Below are positions 18,214-28,213 of a stretch of 64,000 nt of DNA, one piece after another; position 1 is the first letter of the stretch; each line of letters starts with the position of its first letter. This stretch comes from a virus. Its lineage: Duplodnaviria > Caudoviricetes. The translations under genes and the position numbers were made by a program. Under the pieces are notes generated by a model. It saw only the letters and a list, made by a program, of their open reading frames with translations, did not search any database and was not told where the DNA came from. The DNA lies in the IMG/VR virus record IMGVR_UViG_3300009873_000003, positions 1-64,000 of that record; one strand, given 5' to 3'.

Positions 18214-18504
18214 TTAGAAATTAAGGTTCAGCGCTGGATAGACTGAATAGATGATGACGCCAAGCAGAGCGAATTTGACCACTGGGTGTGAGTGCACAAG
18301 ATTAACAATGCCAAGTCCGACAATGGCAATGGTTAGCAGGTCTGGTGGCTGCATGGCGTCTAGACCAAGATTCAGCTTGCCGTTCTGATAGAAGATTAGC
18401 CAGACCATTGCAATCGCCAACCCAATCACAATGAGATTAGGTTGAGCGAAGCGTCTTAGCACTTTCGTTGCTTTAGTTGAGTGTTTCTTTGTTCGTCTTT
18501 TCAT
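18214..18504 (-). CDS. 3-TM membrane protein, probably leaderless
   Basis: Hydrophobic segments; ATG 8 nt after TTGACA-17-TATACT. Confidence 0.6.
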   Translation of the reverse strand: MKRRTKKHSTKATKVLRRFAQPNLIVIGLAIAMVWLIFYQNGKLNLGLDAMQPPDLLTIAIVGLGIVNLVHSHPVVKFALLGVIIYSVYPALNLNF

Positions 18505-18557
18505 TGACAGGCAGTATAACACATCGTAAACTACCTGTCAATTTTTTTAGAGAGACT

Positions 18558-20387
18558 CTAATTCCAGGGGATGATGGCATCGAGTTTTGTGTAGATTTCT
18601 GTCAGCTTATAGCCATCTGCTTGTGTGTGGGTTTCGAGATAGTAGAGGAAGGTTTCAAATTCTTTCTGCTTTGTCGTGATGATTTGCTTAAGATAATCGT
18701 CAGTTAGCAAGTTTAGAATATCGTCAGTGGTCAGTTTAGTGGTTGGAGACTTTGTTGTCCAGACGTCACGGATGATGCCACGGAGCAGTGTTTGGCGCTC
18801 TCTGGCGACTTTAGAGGTAGGACGCTTGTAGGCTTTCTTGTTGCTTTGACTTGGTTGTGAGTCATCGTCAGTTTCTTCCTCTGCTTCTGGTTGGAAAGTT
18901 ATCGGCTGCTCTAACACCCACAGCAGGGCGGCACGGCACTGTTTTGCTGTGTTGAAGATGTTGTCTGACGTCGTGTTCATGGCAATTCTGTCAACTTCAA
19001 TCAATTTTTCTTTCACACGAGTGATGAGCGTTGGGTTCAGTTCGAGTTCGATTTCAAATGGATTCTTGATGCCAACGTCAAGCATTTTAGCAATCATTTC
19101 GTTATTTGAGAAGAACAAAGTGAACACAGGGAGACCATTTTCTAGTCTGCCGTCATCGAGTTCCATTGCCACGAATTGAGACTGATTAATGAAGCCGTGG
19201 GCCACAGCGTTTTGACGAGCGCTTCTAACGGTGAGGGCTTGCGTTCTGGTTAGGATTTCGTCAGTTCTAGCGATGTTGATTCTTGTTTTCGCTTCTGATT
19301 CGTTGATTTCACCTGACGTTTCGCCGATTTGCATGACGAGATTAGAAGGCAGGAATTTCAGGTTCAATTCAGCTTCAATCTTGTTTGTGAACCAACTGAC
19401 CAGTTTGTAACGAGACTTCAGGTCAGAAATGAGGGTTGCGGTTTTCGTTGTGCCTGCGTTCGAGGTTGCCACAATGTCATCTTCATCAATGCCTGCTGCG
19501 ATGGCTAGTAGTTTGACTGTGACAGCAAGAAATTCTTGATAGGAGAAGCCAGCAGGAAGGCGTTTCAAGTCAAGGACACCGATTTTCGCTTGCGGGTCTC
19601 GCAGTCCTAGGAACACTCTAGCACCATTTGACTTTAGACCAGTGTTGGTCGAGTCAATCTTTGCATCTTTGAATGCTTGTTTGATAGCCTGCGATGTGAC
19701 ACTCGTTCCCCAAATCACTTGGTCTGAATCAACCTTCCCTAAGCCTTCTAGTCCATACTGAATTGATGACATCATTAACTGAGCGACGTTGAAGGCTCTA
19801 GAGACAAAACTTAAGCCAACAAAGCTTTTCTCGCTGATGGCGGTTGGAATTTGTGTTAGTCGAATGACTCTCGACCAGTGGATGCCAACATTGCCGGAAC
19901 CATTCACGCCGACATAGCGATAGGGAATTTCGTCATTATCGATTAGTTCGATGCACTGTGCTGGAATGTGTCGCAAGCCTGTCGGAACCTCACCAGCAGC
20001 GAAAGGACGTGAGACGCTATCATTACCTTCGATTAGCAAGAAGCCACCTTTGTCAAAGGTGACAACGTCGTTTAGAAAGCGTTCGGCCTGCGCATTCCAA
20101 GAGTTTTTCAAAATCGCATCATAGCTCTCTGCTAATTGCACGGCAGAGCTAATGTATTGATTTTTAGGAATCACTTTTAGCGGTAGTGTGAACAACTTCA
20201 TCACCATCGTTTGAATGATGCTTGAAAGCATGTCATTTTCAATCGACGCAATTCTGAGTCTCTGTTCCCTGACTTCAGACCACCACGGCGGTAAGAGGGA
20301 AGAGTTTGACGCCGAATACATTAGAAAGGAATCGACACCAGGGCCAAGGCGCAGTCCGTTGAGCACGTCTTTTTTAATAATTGTCAT
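18558..20387 (-). CDS. portal protein (probable)
   Basis: Directly follows the terminase; size and GLSFVSRA-type motif. Confidence 0.65.
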   Translation of the reverse strand: MTIIKKDVLNGLRLGPGVDSFLMYSASNSSLLPPWWSEVREQRLRIASIENDMLSSIIQTMVMKLFTLPLKVIPKNQYISSAVQLAESYDAILKNSWNAQAERFLNDVVTFDKGGFLLIEGNDSVSRPFAAGEVPTGLRHIPAQCIELIDNDEIPYRYVGVNGSGNVGIHWSRVIRLTQIPTAISEKSFVGLSFVSRAFNVAQLMMSSIQYGLEGLGKVDSDQVIWGTSVTSQAIKQAFKDAKIDSTNTGLKSNGARVFLGLRDPQAKIGVLDLKRLPAGFSYQEFLAVTVKLLAIAAGIDEDDIVATSNAGTTKTATLISDLKSRYKLVSWFTNKIEAELNLKFLPSNLVMQIGETSGEINESEAKTRINIARTDEILTRTQALTVRSARQNAVAHGFINQSQFVAMELDDGRLENGLPVFTLFFSNNEMIAKMLDVGIKNPFEIELELNPTLITRVKEKLIEVDRIAMNTTSDNIFNTAKQCRAALLWVLEQPITFQPEAEEETDDDSQPSQSNKKAYKRPTSKVARERQTLLRGIIRDVWTTKSPTTKLTTDDILNLLTDDYLKQIITTKQKEFETFLYYLETHTQADGYKLTEIYTKLDAIIPWN

Positions 20388-22069
20388 TAATCGTTCTCCG
20401 TTGATGTTGTTATGCCTGACGAGTTAGCTGTGTTGACAGCATAGGCTAGCATGAGGGCATCGGCTAGGTCAGGACTACGATTGATACGTTTCTTTGTGTC
20501 ATCCTTACTCTCTATCTGTCGTCTGGCATAGCGGTCATAGCGATAGAGCGGCGCAATCAGTTGTTTTGCTAATTCATTTCTAGTATGAGCGTCTATTCTG
20601 GCAAGGCTGATGTCGTGGCTATGAAAAAGTTGATGCGTCTCAAACCAAAGCTCAGTTCTAAGATTCGCATATTTTTCCTGATTATACGCCCTTTCCGCCA
20701 CGTTAATGTCATGTGCGCTATAGCCAGCATCGTGCAGAGTGTCATACACGCCTGCTCCAATCCCAACTGCATCAACTGCAATGTCAATGGCTTTGTGCGG
20801 CACTTCATAGATGTCACTATACTTGACCGCTAGTTGCACTACTCTTGCTGCCACTTCAACTGTTGACAGTCCGTTAACCTCGAATAATTCAAGAATCCGA
20901 TTCCCATGTCGCACGCAGAAGCTGGAAAAATCAGCACCAAATCTCGCCACATCAACACCGATGGTTAGCAAGTCTTCTGGTTTCTCTGGCACGATTGCTG
21001 TGACAGCAAGGTCGATGTCGTATTCTGAGAAAATGTTGTTCATGTTCGTATCAGGCCACCGACCAAGCAAACGAGCAGCAGCAATCGGACCTGGCCGAAA
21101 GTATTGCAACTCATCTGTCAGTAGACTCGACGGTAGGATGATGTCACGTCCTAGTTTGTAATCTTGTTCTGTAATTTGGTCGGACCATTGCAACAAAAGT
21201 TGCTCGAAACGTGCGAGATTGATTGCACCTGGATAGGGTAGGTCGGTGGTTGCTGATTTCCCTTCTGCCATTCGTTCCACGCCAACCCAAATGTTTGGGT
21301 GGTCGTAGGCTGACATGGTGATTGTTTTCCACCCTGCTCTTTTTTCTACACCTGCGACGTAGGAACTTGGGTCTGTCGGGTTATAGATGGCAAGAACTTT
21401 GACGACATCGCCAATCATGAGCGATTCAAGAGCTTCAAACATTTCGGGTTTAATGCCGACAGCTTCGTCGAGTAGGATGACGACATTCGGCCCATGTCTA
21501 CCTTGAATGCTGGTCGGGTCTGAGGTAACGATGCCTTCAAAATAGTGATTCTCTCCAGAAGCAAGTCTTGGCATTTTTGGCCCATCCCAATAACTTTCTA
21601 GGATGCCTGGTGCCATGTTACGAAATTGTCGAGCGTAGGCAAACATGACATTTTGCACAAGTTTTTGTGTTGGTGCTGACCCGATGCCGATGAGTGGATA
21701 GTAGGTGTCGAAAAAGTAGTTAATTAGGATGCCAAGCAGATAGCTTTTACCTGTGCTATGAGCACTGCGCACGCAAACGTAGTTGTAGTCTTGCAAGGCG
21801 TTTACAATTTCAAGTTGCTTCGCCCAAAGCGTTGTGTTAAAGAACGTTTGAGCGTATAGTTGAATGTTATTCGTATATGCGCTAAACGCTTGCGCTCGTA
21901 GTTCTTGTGCGTCTAATTGCTGTTCCAAGCGCTTTTGTGTTAATGGCATCGAACGCCTGTCACTTAGCGTTTTCAAGTCTTTTGCAAGCGCTGTGAAAGG
22001 TTTTCTGGCTTCATTCAGTGGGTTAGTAAGACGACCACGTTTACTGGCCTTCAATTCGTATCTACTCAA
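20387..22069 (-). CDS. terL: terminase large subunit
   Basis: Walker A SAHSTGKS, Walker B ILLDEA, nuclease GVDVARFGAD and SPDLADAL. Confidence 0.93.
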   Translation of the reverse strand: MSRYELKASKRGRLTNPLNEARKPFTALAKDLKTLSDRRSMPLTQKRLEQQLDAQELRAQAFSAYTNNIQLYAQTFFNTTLWAKQLEIVNALQDYNYVCVRSAHSTGKSYLLGILINYFFDTYYPLIGIGSAPTQKLVQNVMFAYARQFRNMAPGILESYWDGPKMPRLASGENHYFEGIVTSDPTSIQGRHGPNVVILLDEAVGIKPEMFEALESLMIGDVVKVLAIYNPTDPSSYVAGVEKRAGWKTITMSAYDHPNIWVGVERMAEGKSATTDLPYPGAINLARFEQLLLQWSDQITEQDYKLGRDIILPSSLLTDELQYFRPGPIAAARLLGRWPDTNMNNIFSEYDIDLAVTAIVPEKPEDLLTIGVDVARFGADFSSFCVRHGNRILELFEVNGLSTVEVAARVVQLAVKYSDIYEVPHKAIDIAVDAVGIGAGVYDTLHDAGYSAHDINVAERAYNQEKYANLRTELWFETHQLFHSHDISLARIDAHTRNELAKQLIAPLYRYDRYARRQIESKDDTKKRINRSPDLADALMLAYAVNTANSSGITTSTEND

Positions 22070-22742
22070 CTTTGTATCCCTCCTTTTGCGCTTGCAATAG
22101 CGATATGTGCTCTCTTAGATTTAGCGAACTTAAATCTTCGGCGTGAAGCTTTAGTAGACTATCAACGGCTAAGGCTCTTGCTTCGGCGTCAGCCGATAAT
22201 TCTAAGAATGTGGAGAGAGCGCTGATAAATTGTGGAATGCTGCGAGGGTCGATGTCATCCGGTTCGATTGAATCGATTCTATCTCTGAGCTTTTCAATTA
22301 GTGTTAGCGCTGAGTGTGTCGTTGATTTCAGCACTTTTGCCTGATTGTCTCGATAGAGCGAAATTGCCTCTAAGTGTTCAAGTTCAGAGCGTCGTTTATC
22401 TAACCATTCTTTATATTTTAGATAGAGTAGACGTCGCTTCGTCCAGTGAAAAGTGAAACTGTAGTGTTGCGCATTGCTTGTTTGTGGTAAGAATTTCACG
22501 TCCCATTTGTCAATAGGCAGCGCAACGAATTTTTTAAACGCCTCGTATGCTTCGTCAGATTCGCCTTCTAGCTGCATCCAGATTGCGTTCTCTTCAACCC
22601 ACTTCGGTGTGATTTGGTCGGCGTCAAGCATTTGTTGAAAGTGGGCGTCATATTCCAAATCAAGTAAACCATCTTCAATGTTTAGCTTTTCAATCACATC
22701 TAATTTTAATTCTGCTGGGTGCTTCATTTTGCCTCTTGTCAA
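22062..22742 (-). CDS. terminase small subunit (probable)
   Basis: Upstream of terL; W.QLEGES..AYEAF motif; helical. Confidence 0.6.
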   Translation of the reverse strand: MTRGKMKHPAELKLDVIEKLNIEDGLLDLEYDAHFQQMLDADQITPKWVEENAIWMQLEGESDEAYEAFKKFVALPIDKWDVKFLPQTSNAQHYSFTFHWTKRRLLYLKYKEWLDKRRSELEHLEAISLYRDNQAKVLKSTTHSALTLIEKLRDRIDSIEPDDIDPRSIPQFISALSTFLELSADAEARALAVDSLLKLHAEDLSSLNLREHISLLQAQKEGYKVE

Positions 22743-22799
22743 AAATTATTGTCATGACTTATAATAGATTTGTCAGTTTCAGATGTCAATATCAAATGA

Positions 22800-23156
22800 A
22801 TGAGGATAAAAATGACGTTGTATGAAATTTCTGAAGTAACAGAAAAGCTTGCACGGATTGTTGGTGGACAGTGTTTGCGCAGAGAGTTCCTACAAACCGT
22901 GCGTGGTATGTATTTAGTTGTCAACACAGTTGAAGACACAAGCGATTTCTTGTTATGGACAGTGGCGAATGCAGTCACACCTTTGCTAGTATCCCAAAAC
23001 ATTTTGCCATATAGTGTTGGTGACGTGTTGGTTGAAGAGACCGAGCTATTCACAGCGCTCAAGAAAAAATGTCTCGTTGTGCAAGACGGAACGCTAGTCA
23101 CAGTGAACAACGGCCTTGTGACTAACGTTGCTAAGCTGGAGGCACATGCGCTATAA
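22800..23156 (+). CDS. hypothetical protein
   Basis: First gene of the rightward operon. Confidence 0.6.
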   Translation: MRIKMTLYEISEVTEKLARIVGGQCLRREFLQTVRGMYLVVNTVEDTSDFLLWTVANAVTPLLVSQNILPYSVGDVLVEETELFTALKKKCLVVQDGTLVTVNNGLVTNVAKLEAHAL

Positions 23157-23646
23157 ACAGTACGAACTCGCACCGATTGACCTAATCACCGACCAGAGTT
23201 TCAATTTGCGTGAGATGTACCACATCGATATTAAGTGGTTGACACCAGTCCCACAAGGAGGGAAGGCGTACAGGCTTTGGGTGTTGCTTAAACCGCACGT
23301 CAACTATATGATTTATCTGATGGCTGTCATGTCTACAGAAGAGTTATATAAGATTAAGTTGACGATTGATGAAGGTTTGGTACCTAGCGCTTTTGCAGCG
23401 ATTGTTGACGAGTTCTACCAAACGAAGCAGAAAGGCGGCTTCGTGACCCAAGTCAATTTGACAAAGCTTGATATTTTCGACTATACTGACCATAAGAAAT
23501 TCGCAGTGCCTAAGACACCGAAACATTCTGCGAAACAGCTTCTACCAGTCGTACCAGCGATTCATCCTAAGATTCCTGTTGCAACAGCTAGAGAAATTCA
23601 AAAAGTTAATCACGTTGAGCAACTTAGAAAGCTAATCGGAATTTAA
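23146..23646 (+). CDS. hypothetical protein
   Basis: GGAGG RBS before MRYKQ. Confidence 0.65.
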   Translation: MRYKQYELAPIDLITDQSFNLREMYHIDIKWLTPVPQGGKAYRLWVLLKPHVNYMIYLMAVMSTEELYKIKLTIDEGLVPSAFAAIVDEFYQTKQKGGFVTQVNLTKLDIFDYTDHKKFAVPKTPKHSAKQLLPVVPAIHPKIPVATAREIQKVNHVEQLRKLIGI

Positions 23647-23647
23647 C

Positions 23648-24331
23648 ATGCGTAACATGACATCTGAAATTGACGGCAATAGTGCTAGATTCAATGGTTC
23701 AAAAGTCGTTTACTCTAACCTTCCACCATCGATTCTGTTCAAGTTAGCGGTCTTGAGTGAGGACAGCAAAGTAAAGATTCCTTATCGTGGTTTGAATATG
23801 TTGGCGCAACACTACACACTTGCTTGTGTCAAATATCCAGACGCTCCAACAGGTGATGGCTACACGTTTCCTAACTGGGCGAAAGGACAGTTGTTTGAAG
23901 CATTCGTGATTGACTCAATGTTTCGTCATCTGTTTGCCTTTCTGGATGGCGAAATTTTTGACTCCGACTTTGGTTCGCATCATATGGTTAGCGTGGCTTG
24001 GGGTGCTGCGGCCTTACATCACTTTTTTTCTAACTACGACTACTATCAGAAATTCGATGACAGAAGATGGGTTGGGTATGCGACTAGCCGCTACTATAAT
24101 GTTGCCGACAAACCGCTGACGACTGTTGTGTTGCACAATTTAGTCTATGTTCAAACTGGTCAACATATCGATAACTTGCTTGAAGCATTATTTCAACTTT
24201 TCTACGCTGCGTTGCTGTTAGCAGAGACGTCAGATGTTGAACTTAGCTACAAGGTTGATGTCAAACGTCTAGCTAAAATTAAGGAAAAGGTCGATGGTGC
24301 AGTCTATGGCGAAGTTAGAATCGCAGCCTAA
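23648..24331 (+). CDS. dATP/dGTP diphosphohydrolase-like (DUF5664) protein
   Basis: KY....NWAKG...DSMFRHL.AF.DGE..D.DFG.HH motif. Confidence 0.65.
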   Translation: MRNMTSEIDGNSARFNGSKVVYSNLPPSILFKLAVLSEDSKVKIPYRGLNMLAQHYTLACVKYPDAPTGDGYTFPNWAKGQLFEAFVIDSMFRHLFAFLDGEIFDSDFGSHHMVSVAWGAAALHHFFSNYDYYQKFDDRRWVGYATSRYYNVADKPLTTVVLHNLVYVQTGQHIDNLLEALFQLFYAALLLAETSDVELSYKVDVKRLAKIKEKVDGAVYGEVRIAA

Positions 24332-24707
24332 AGTTAAGTCGAAACGCCAACAGCGACAGGCTAGGGCGATTGATGAAATCAACCAAGCTGACATTGAGTT
24401 CATGCTTAACTTCTTCGGTCATCGTTGCGTCTATTGCAATGTACAGTTGACTCGCCAGGAAGGATTTGATAACACGCTGCATGTTGACCACTACCTTAGC
24501 CTGTCTGAACAAGATGAGAACGACGAAATGCAGATTCTACAAGGCTTGACCATTGCAAACGCGTTACCAAGTTGCAGGGAGTGTAATTTAAAGAAGAGTA
24601 ACACGAATCCTGAAGTTTGGATTCGGTCCTATTGTCCAAATGCTGATGAAGTATTTGATAGAATTGAAGCATATTTTAGTTTGAACCAGGAGAGCAGATT
24701 TTTATGA
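24294..24707 (+). CDS. HNH endonuclease
   Basis: CVYC...HVDH...N..PSCRECNLKK. Confidence 0.85.
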   Translation: MVQSMAKLESQPKVKSKRQQRQARAIDEINQADIEFMLNFFGHRCVYCNVQLTRQEGFDNTLHVDHYLSLSEQDENDEMQILQGLTIANALPSCRECNLKKSNTNPEVWIRSYCPNADEVFDRIEAYFSLNQESRFL

Positions 24708-25048
24708 TTTACAAAGTAAACGCAGAGTTGGTGGATGCCACCTATCAGAATGACACAATCACAAAGTTTCACATCACATTCACTGGCAGCGTTGTGTTAA
24801 CGCATAGCGAAGGCGTTATCGTCTTCACACCGAACGTTTGGAAAAATGTCGAGTTAAGTTTAATCGATGCCACTCCTGCTAACCCGAAGGTCAAGCTGAC
24901 GGTTGACGGCAGCAGTCGTTATGTGTTTGAAGAAGTCAAAGTTGTTGAATCGAGCATTCAAGGCATTGATGGTGAGGAAGGAGCGCCAGAAGCGATACAC
25001 CTCTTTAATCCGCTACATTACAAGACGTTTGCCATCACATCGCTATAG
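24704..25048 (+). CDS. hypothetical protein
   Basis: Coupled ORF. Confidence 0.65.
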   Translation: MIYKVNAELVDATYQNDTITKFHITFTGSVVLTHSEGVIVFTPNVWKNVELSLIDATPANPKVKLTVDGSSRYVFEEVKVVESSIQGIDGEEGAPEAIHLFNPLHYKTFAITSL

Positions 25049-25070
25049 ACCATAGTTACAAAGGAATAGA

Positions 25071-25120
25071 AGCAACAAACCCTAGAGATTAATTTCTCTA
25101 GGGTTTTTTGTTGCTTTTTT
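25071..25120. terminator. intrinsic terminator
   Basis: AAACCCTAGAGA/TCTCTAGGGTTT plus T tract. Confidence 0.8.
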
Positions 25121-25203
25121 CTAATCAGAATTCGTTTTTTGATTTAGGTTCAATATGTCGTTAAGCTGGACTTTATATAGCTGTTTTTCGTTAAAGGATA
25201 AAT

Positions 25204-25956
25204 ATGGAAGAATCTATTCCTGTGAAGATGGAAACATTATTGAAAGAGCGTGCAGAACAACGTGAGAATGAAACCGTTGACAAGGCACTCTCCTACGTTC
25301 CATTTAACGTCTTTTCCTTTGCTGAGTTTGAAATGGCAGATAAACTTGACGATGTGCGCAAGGCGTATCATAAAGCGTTCGGCGTATTTATGCAAATTGC
25401 TGACAACATCATGTACGAACGTCCTGAAAACCACGTCGAGTTAATGCTTCGTCTGCTTAAAGATTTCAGCAATCGATTGATTGAAATTAAATTGAGCGAA
25501 GGTCAGTTGCTTAAGTCTGGTTCTGTAGCGTTGTTTAAGGCTGCGAACGGTCAGCTTCAATGGATTGGCGTCCCAACTAACAAATTCAAAGATAGAGAGA
25601 GCGATATTCTTTCTGACGCTGCACACAAAAAGTTTGTGAAGATGCTGAAAGAAGGCAAGGCAGAGATGCCCGACCTCTATCCTTGGCATACAGGGAAGAT
25701 TGGCAAAGCGACGTGGGTTGATTATGACGAACGTGGTTTTCTAGTTGCCGGTGGTTACATTTTGAAAGAATGGGAAGAGTTTGCTATCAATTTAATCAAT
25801 AGCACAACTGAGCCAATGGGAATGTCGCATGGCATGTTGGTGAAGGACATCGTGAGAGACGCAGATGGCGTCATTGTTGAATACAAGAGCTTTGAATTCA
25901 GTTTCTTGCCAGAGAGTCAAGCTGCGAATCTATTGACAAGTTTTGTAACACTTTAA
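25204..25956 (+). CDS. prohead protease (HK97-type, probable)
   Basis: DRESDILS, L.PWH..K.G and GMSHG motifs; position before the capsid gene. Confidence 0.65.
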   Translation: MEESIPVKMETLLKERAEQRENETVDKALSYVPFNVFSFAEFEMADKLDDVRKAYHKAFGVFMQIADNIMYERPENHVELMLRLLKDFSNRLIEIKLSEGQLLKSGSVALFKAANGQLQWIGVPTNKFKDRESDILSDAAHKKFVKMLKEGKAEMPDLYPWHTGKIGKATWVDYDERGFLVAGGYILKEWEEFAINLINSTTEPMGMSHGMLVKDIVRDADGVIVEYKSFEFSFLPESQAANLLTSFVTL

Positions 25957-25967
25957 TTTAGGAGAAT

Positions 25968-26549
25968 ATGATGGAACTATTTTCAAATAGTCAGACAGAA
26001 TGGTTAGAGAAGGGCGGTAGCGCCGATGCCTTGAAGTTCATCGACACGGTTGTTGGAACGCTTCACACCAAAGCTGTGAAGGAAGGCATTGTTTATAAGC
26101 AGGTCGATGAGACTGTGCAGACGGAGGAAGTTGCTGAAAGTGAAACACCAACTGAAACCGTCGTTGCTGAAGCTGTTGACGAAGTCGTTGCCGAAACAAC
26201 CGAAACGGTGAAGTCAGTCAACTTCGCCGAAGTCTTGAGTGAACTCATGTTCGCCACGCTGAAACAGTATCACGAAACTTCAGTCGCACCACTGATTGCT
26301 GAACTGAAGTCGTTGCGTGAGACTAGCGAAAAGGTGCAGAAAGACGCTCAGCCAACCACCATTTTCGGTTGGGATATGTCTGGCCTGCTTCCTCCTGCCG
26401 CAATTGCCTCACGCATTCAGAAAGAGTTTGGTACAGCACCTGCGGCTGAAGTCAAAGGTGAAGAAGTCAAGGGACATGCGTTGACAAAGAAGGAAGTTTC
26501 ACCAGCGGTTGCTATGGATGGCAATTTGCTTGGCAATTTTTTGGCTTAA
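25968..26549 (+). CDS. scaffolding protein (probable)
   Basis: Acidic E/V/T-rich; lies between protease and capsid genes. Confidence 0.5.
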   Translation: MMELFSNSQTEWLEKGGSADALKFIDTVVGTLHTKAVKEGIVYKQVDETVQTEEVAESETPTETVVAEAVDEVVAETTETVKSVNFAEVLSELMFATLKQYHETSVAPLIAELKSLRETSEKVQKDAQPTTIFGWDMSGLLPPAAIASRIQKEFGTAPAAEVKGEEVKGHALTKKEVSPAVAMDGNLLGNFLA

Positions 26550-26587
26550 TTTAAACAACAATTCTAGGCAATTTTAGGAGATAAAAG

Positions 26588-28033
26588 ATGGGGTACGCAT
26601 TAGAAACTCTACAGAAATTTAACGAACAAGTCAAAGGCATCTTCACGACAGGCGCTGTGACTGTCCGCCCCGAAGAATTTGAAGTCTTGCGCAAGCACAA
26701 CGGTATCCCTGGTACGGCTGGTGACGCAGAACTGCTCTATGTTGAAGGTGGTCTTTTCTCTGACTGTATGCTCGAAAAACCAGTCATGAACGTCACCATT
26801 AATCCACAACGTTCGCTTGGTAATATGATTCCTGTCGTTCGGCGCAACACGCAGGTTAGCAAGTATGCCTTCCTGACTGACATCGCTGAACCCTCTGGCG
26901 CTCTGCCAGAATTCCCGTGTGACGACCCGCAACAGGTTGGCGACCTCTCTGCCTGCTTCCTTGAAACTAGAAAGGGGCGTGCGTCATTCTCGTCCAAGAC
27001 GCTTGAAATGGACCGCATCATTCAGCGCTATCACGAGGGCTTGACCACGGACCTTTACTTGGTTGGCAATGTGCGTGGTGTGAGTGCTGCCTTACAAAGT
27101 GACATGGAAGCGAATCTTTCGCTCATGGCCGAAGCTGCCGTGATGCGCCAGTTTCAGTTGGTTGCCAGAAAGCTGCAACAGAAGCTTTTGCGCCAGTTCT
27201 GGACAGGCGACCCAACCAACGCTGCGCTTAACACTGCTGGCGGTGGCGAACGGCAATTCTGGGGGTTGGAGCACTGGGTTGCGACTGACTATGACACTAA
27301 GACTTGGGTGAACGGGACAAATTGTGAGAGACTCAACAGCGACATTAAGGACTTTGAAGATACTTGCGTTGGCGCTGCAAACGCCACGACAGGTGTTGGC
27401 CTCTATGAATACATGCAGACGCTTGAAGAGACATTGACCACAAGAGCCAGCTTCTACGGTTATACGAGCGTCGAATGGGTTTGGGTAATGCGTCCAGAAA
27501 TGTGGGCTGCAATCACAAAGTACTTGCCGTGCGAAATGTTGAGCGGTAATTGTTCGACTCCGTTGGATGGCAATAGTGCGTTGACTGGTAATGTTTCGAT
27601 TGACGTTAGCGGCATGGGGATTGCGACTCTGCGTCAGCAACTGCAATCAAGCCAGCGCATTGACGTGAATGGTAGAACATATCGTGTCATCATTGACGAT
27701 GCCATGCCGGTCACAACGGTCGCTGGCCCTCCTGTTGCGCACAGTAGTGATATCTACTTCATGCCGCTGAGTGTCGAAGGCCAACCCGTGCTGTTCTGGG
27801 ATGTGGCCGACTATCGAACGCTTGACTTAGCGCTTCGCCCAGTCCCTGGTGGTCTTGGCGGGCTGCGTGGTTGGCACGATGGTGGCATGTTCTTGAGCGT
27901 TGTGACTAGCTTGAACTACTGTTTCAGCATCACTACTAAGGTCGAAGCTGGCATTGTTCAACTTGCGCCACATTTGGCAGGACGTATCGAGAACGTGCGG
28001 GCTTGCAGAATTCAGGCTGCGCCAGTTTGGTAA
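26588..28033 (+). CDS. major capsid protein (probable)
   Basis: Position, strong RBS, FWTGDP...QFWGL motif, followed by a terminator. Confidence 0.75.
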   Translation: MGYALETLQKFNEQVKGIFTTGAVTVRPEEFEVLRKHNGIPGTAGDAELLYVEGGLFSDCMLEKPVMNVTINPQRSLGNMIPVVRRNTQVSKYAFLTDIAEPSGALPEFPCDDPQQVGDLSACFLETRKGRASFSSKTLEMDRIIQRYHEGLTTDLYLVGNVRGVSAALQSDMEANLSLMAEAAVMRQFQLVARKLQQKLLRQFWTGDPTNAALNTAGGGERQFWGLEHWVATDYDTKTWVNGTNCERLNSDIKDFEDTCVGAANATTGVGLYEYMQTLEETLTTRASFYGYTSVEWVWVMRPEMWAAITKYLPCEMLSGNCSTPLDGNSALTGNVSIDVSGMGIATLRQQLQSSQRIDVNGRTYRVIIDDAMPVTTVAGPPVAHSSDIYFMPLSVEGQPVLFWDVADYRTLDLALRPVPGGLGGLRGWHDGGMFLSVVTSLNYCFSITTKVEAGIVQLAPHLAGRIENVRACRIQAAPVW

Positions 28034-28046
28034 GACGTTGAAGTCT

Positions 28047-28086
28047 AACAAAAACCTCTAGAGCTAAGTTCTAGAGGTTTTTTGTT
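28047..28086. terminator. intrinsic terminator
   Basis: AAAAACCTCTAGA/TCTAGAGGTTTTT. Confidence 0.85.
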
Positions 28087-28122
28087 GCACTGAATTGTCA
28101 AACTTTCACACATTTTTCCTAA

Positions 28123-28151
28123 TTGAACCGAAGTGTTACTTAGCATATAAT
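28123..28151 (+). promoter_or_regulatory. sigma70-type promoter
   Basis: TTGAAC-17-TATAAT. Confidence 0.6.
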
Positions 28152-28213
28152 TGATTTCGTCTAAGCATCTCGTTTTAGACATCAATTAGTAATTCAAATA
28201 GGATAAGTGAAAG

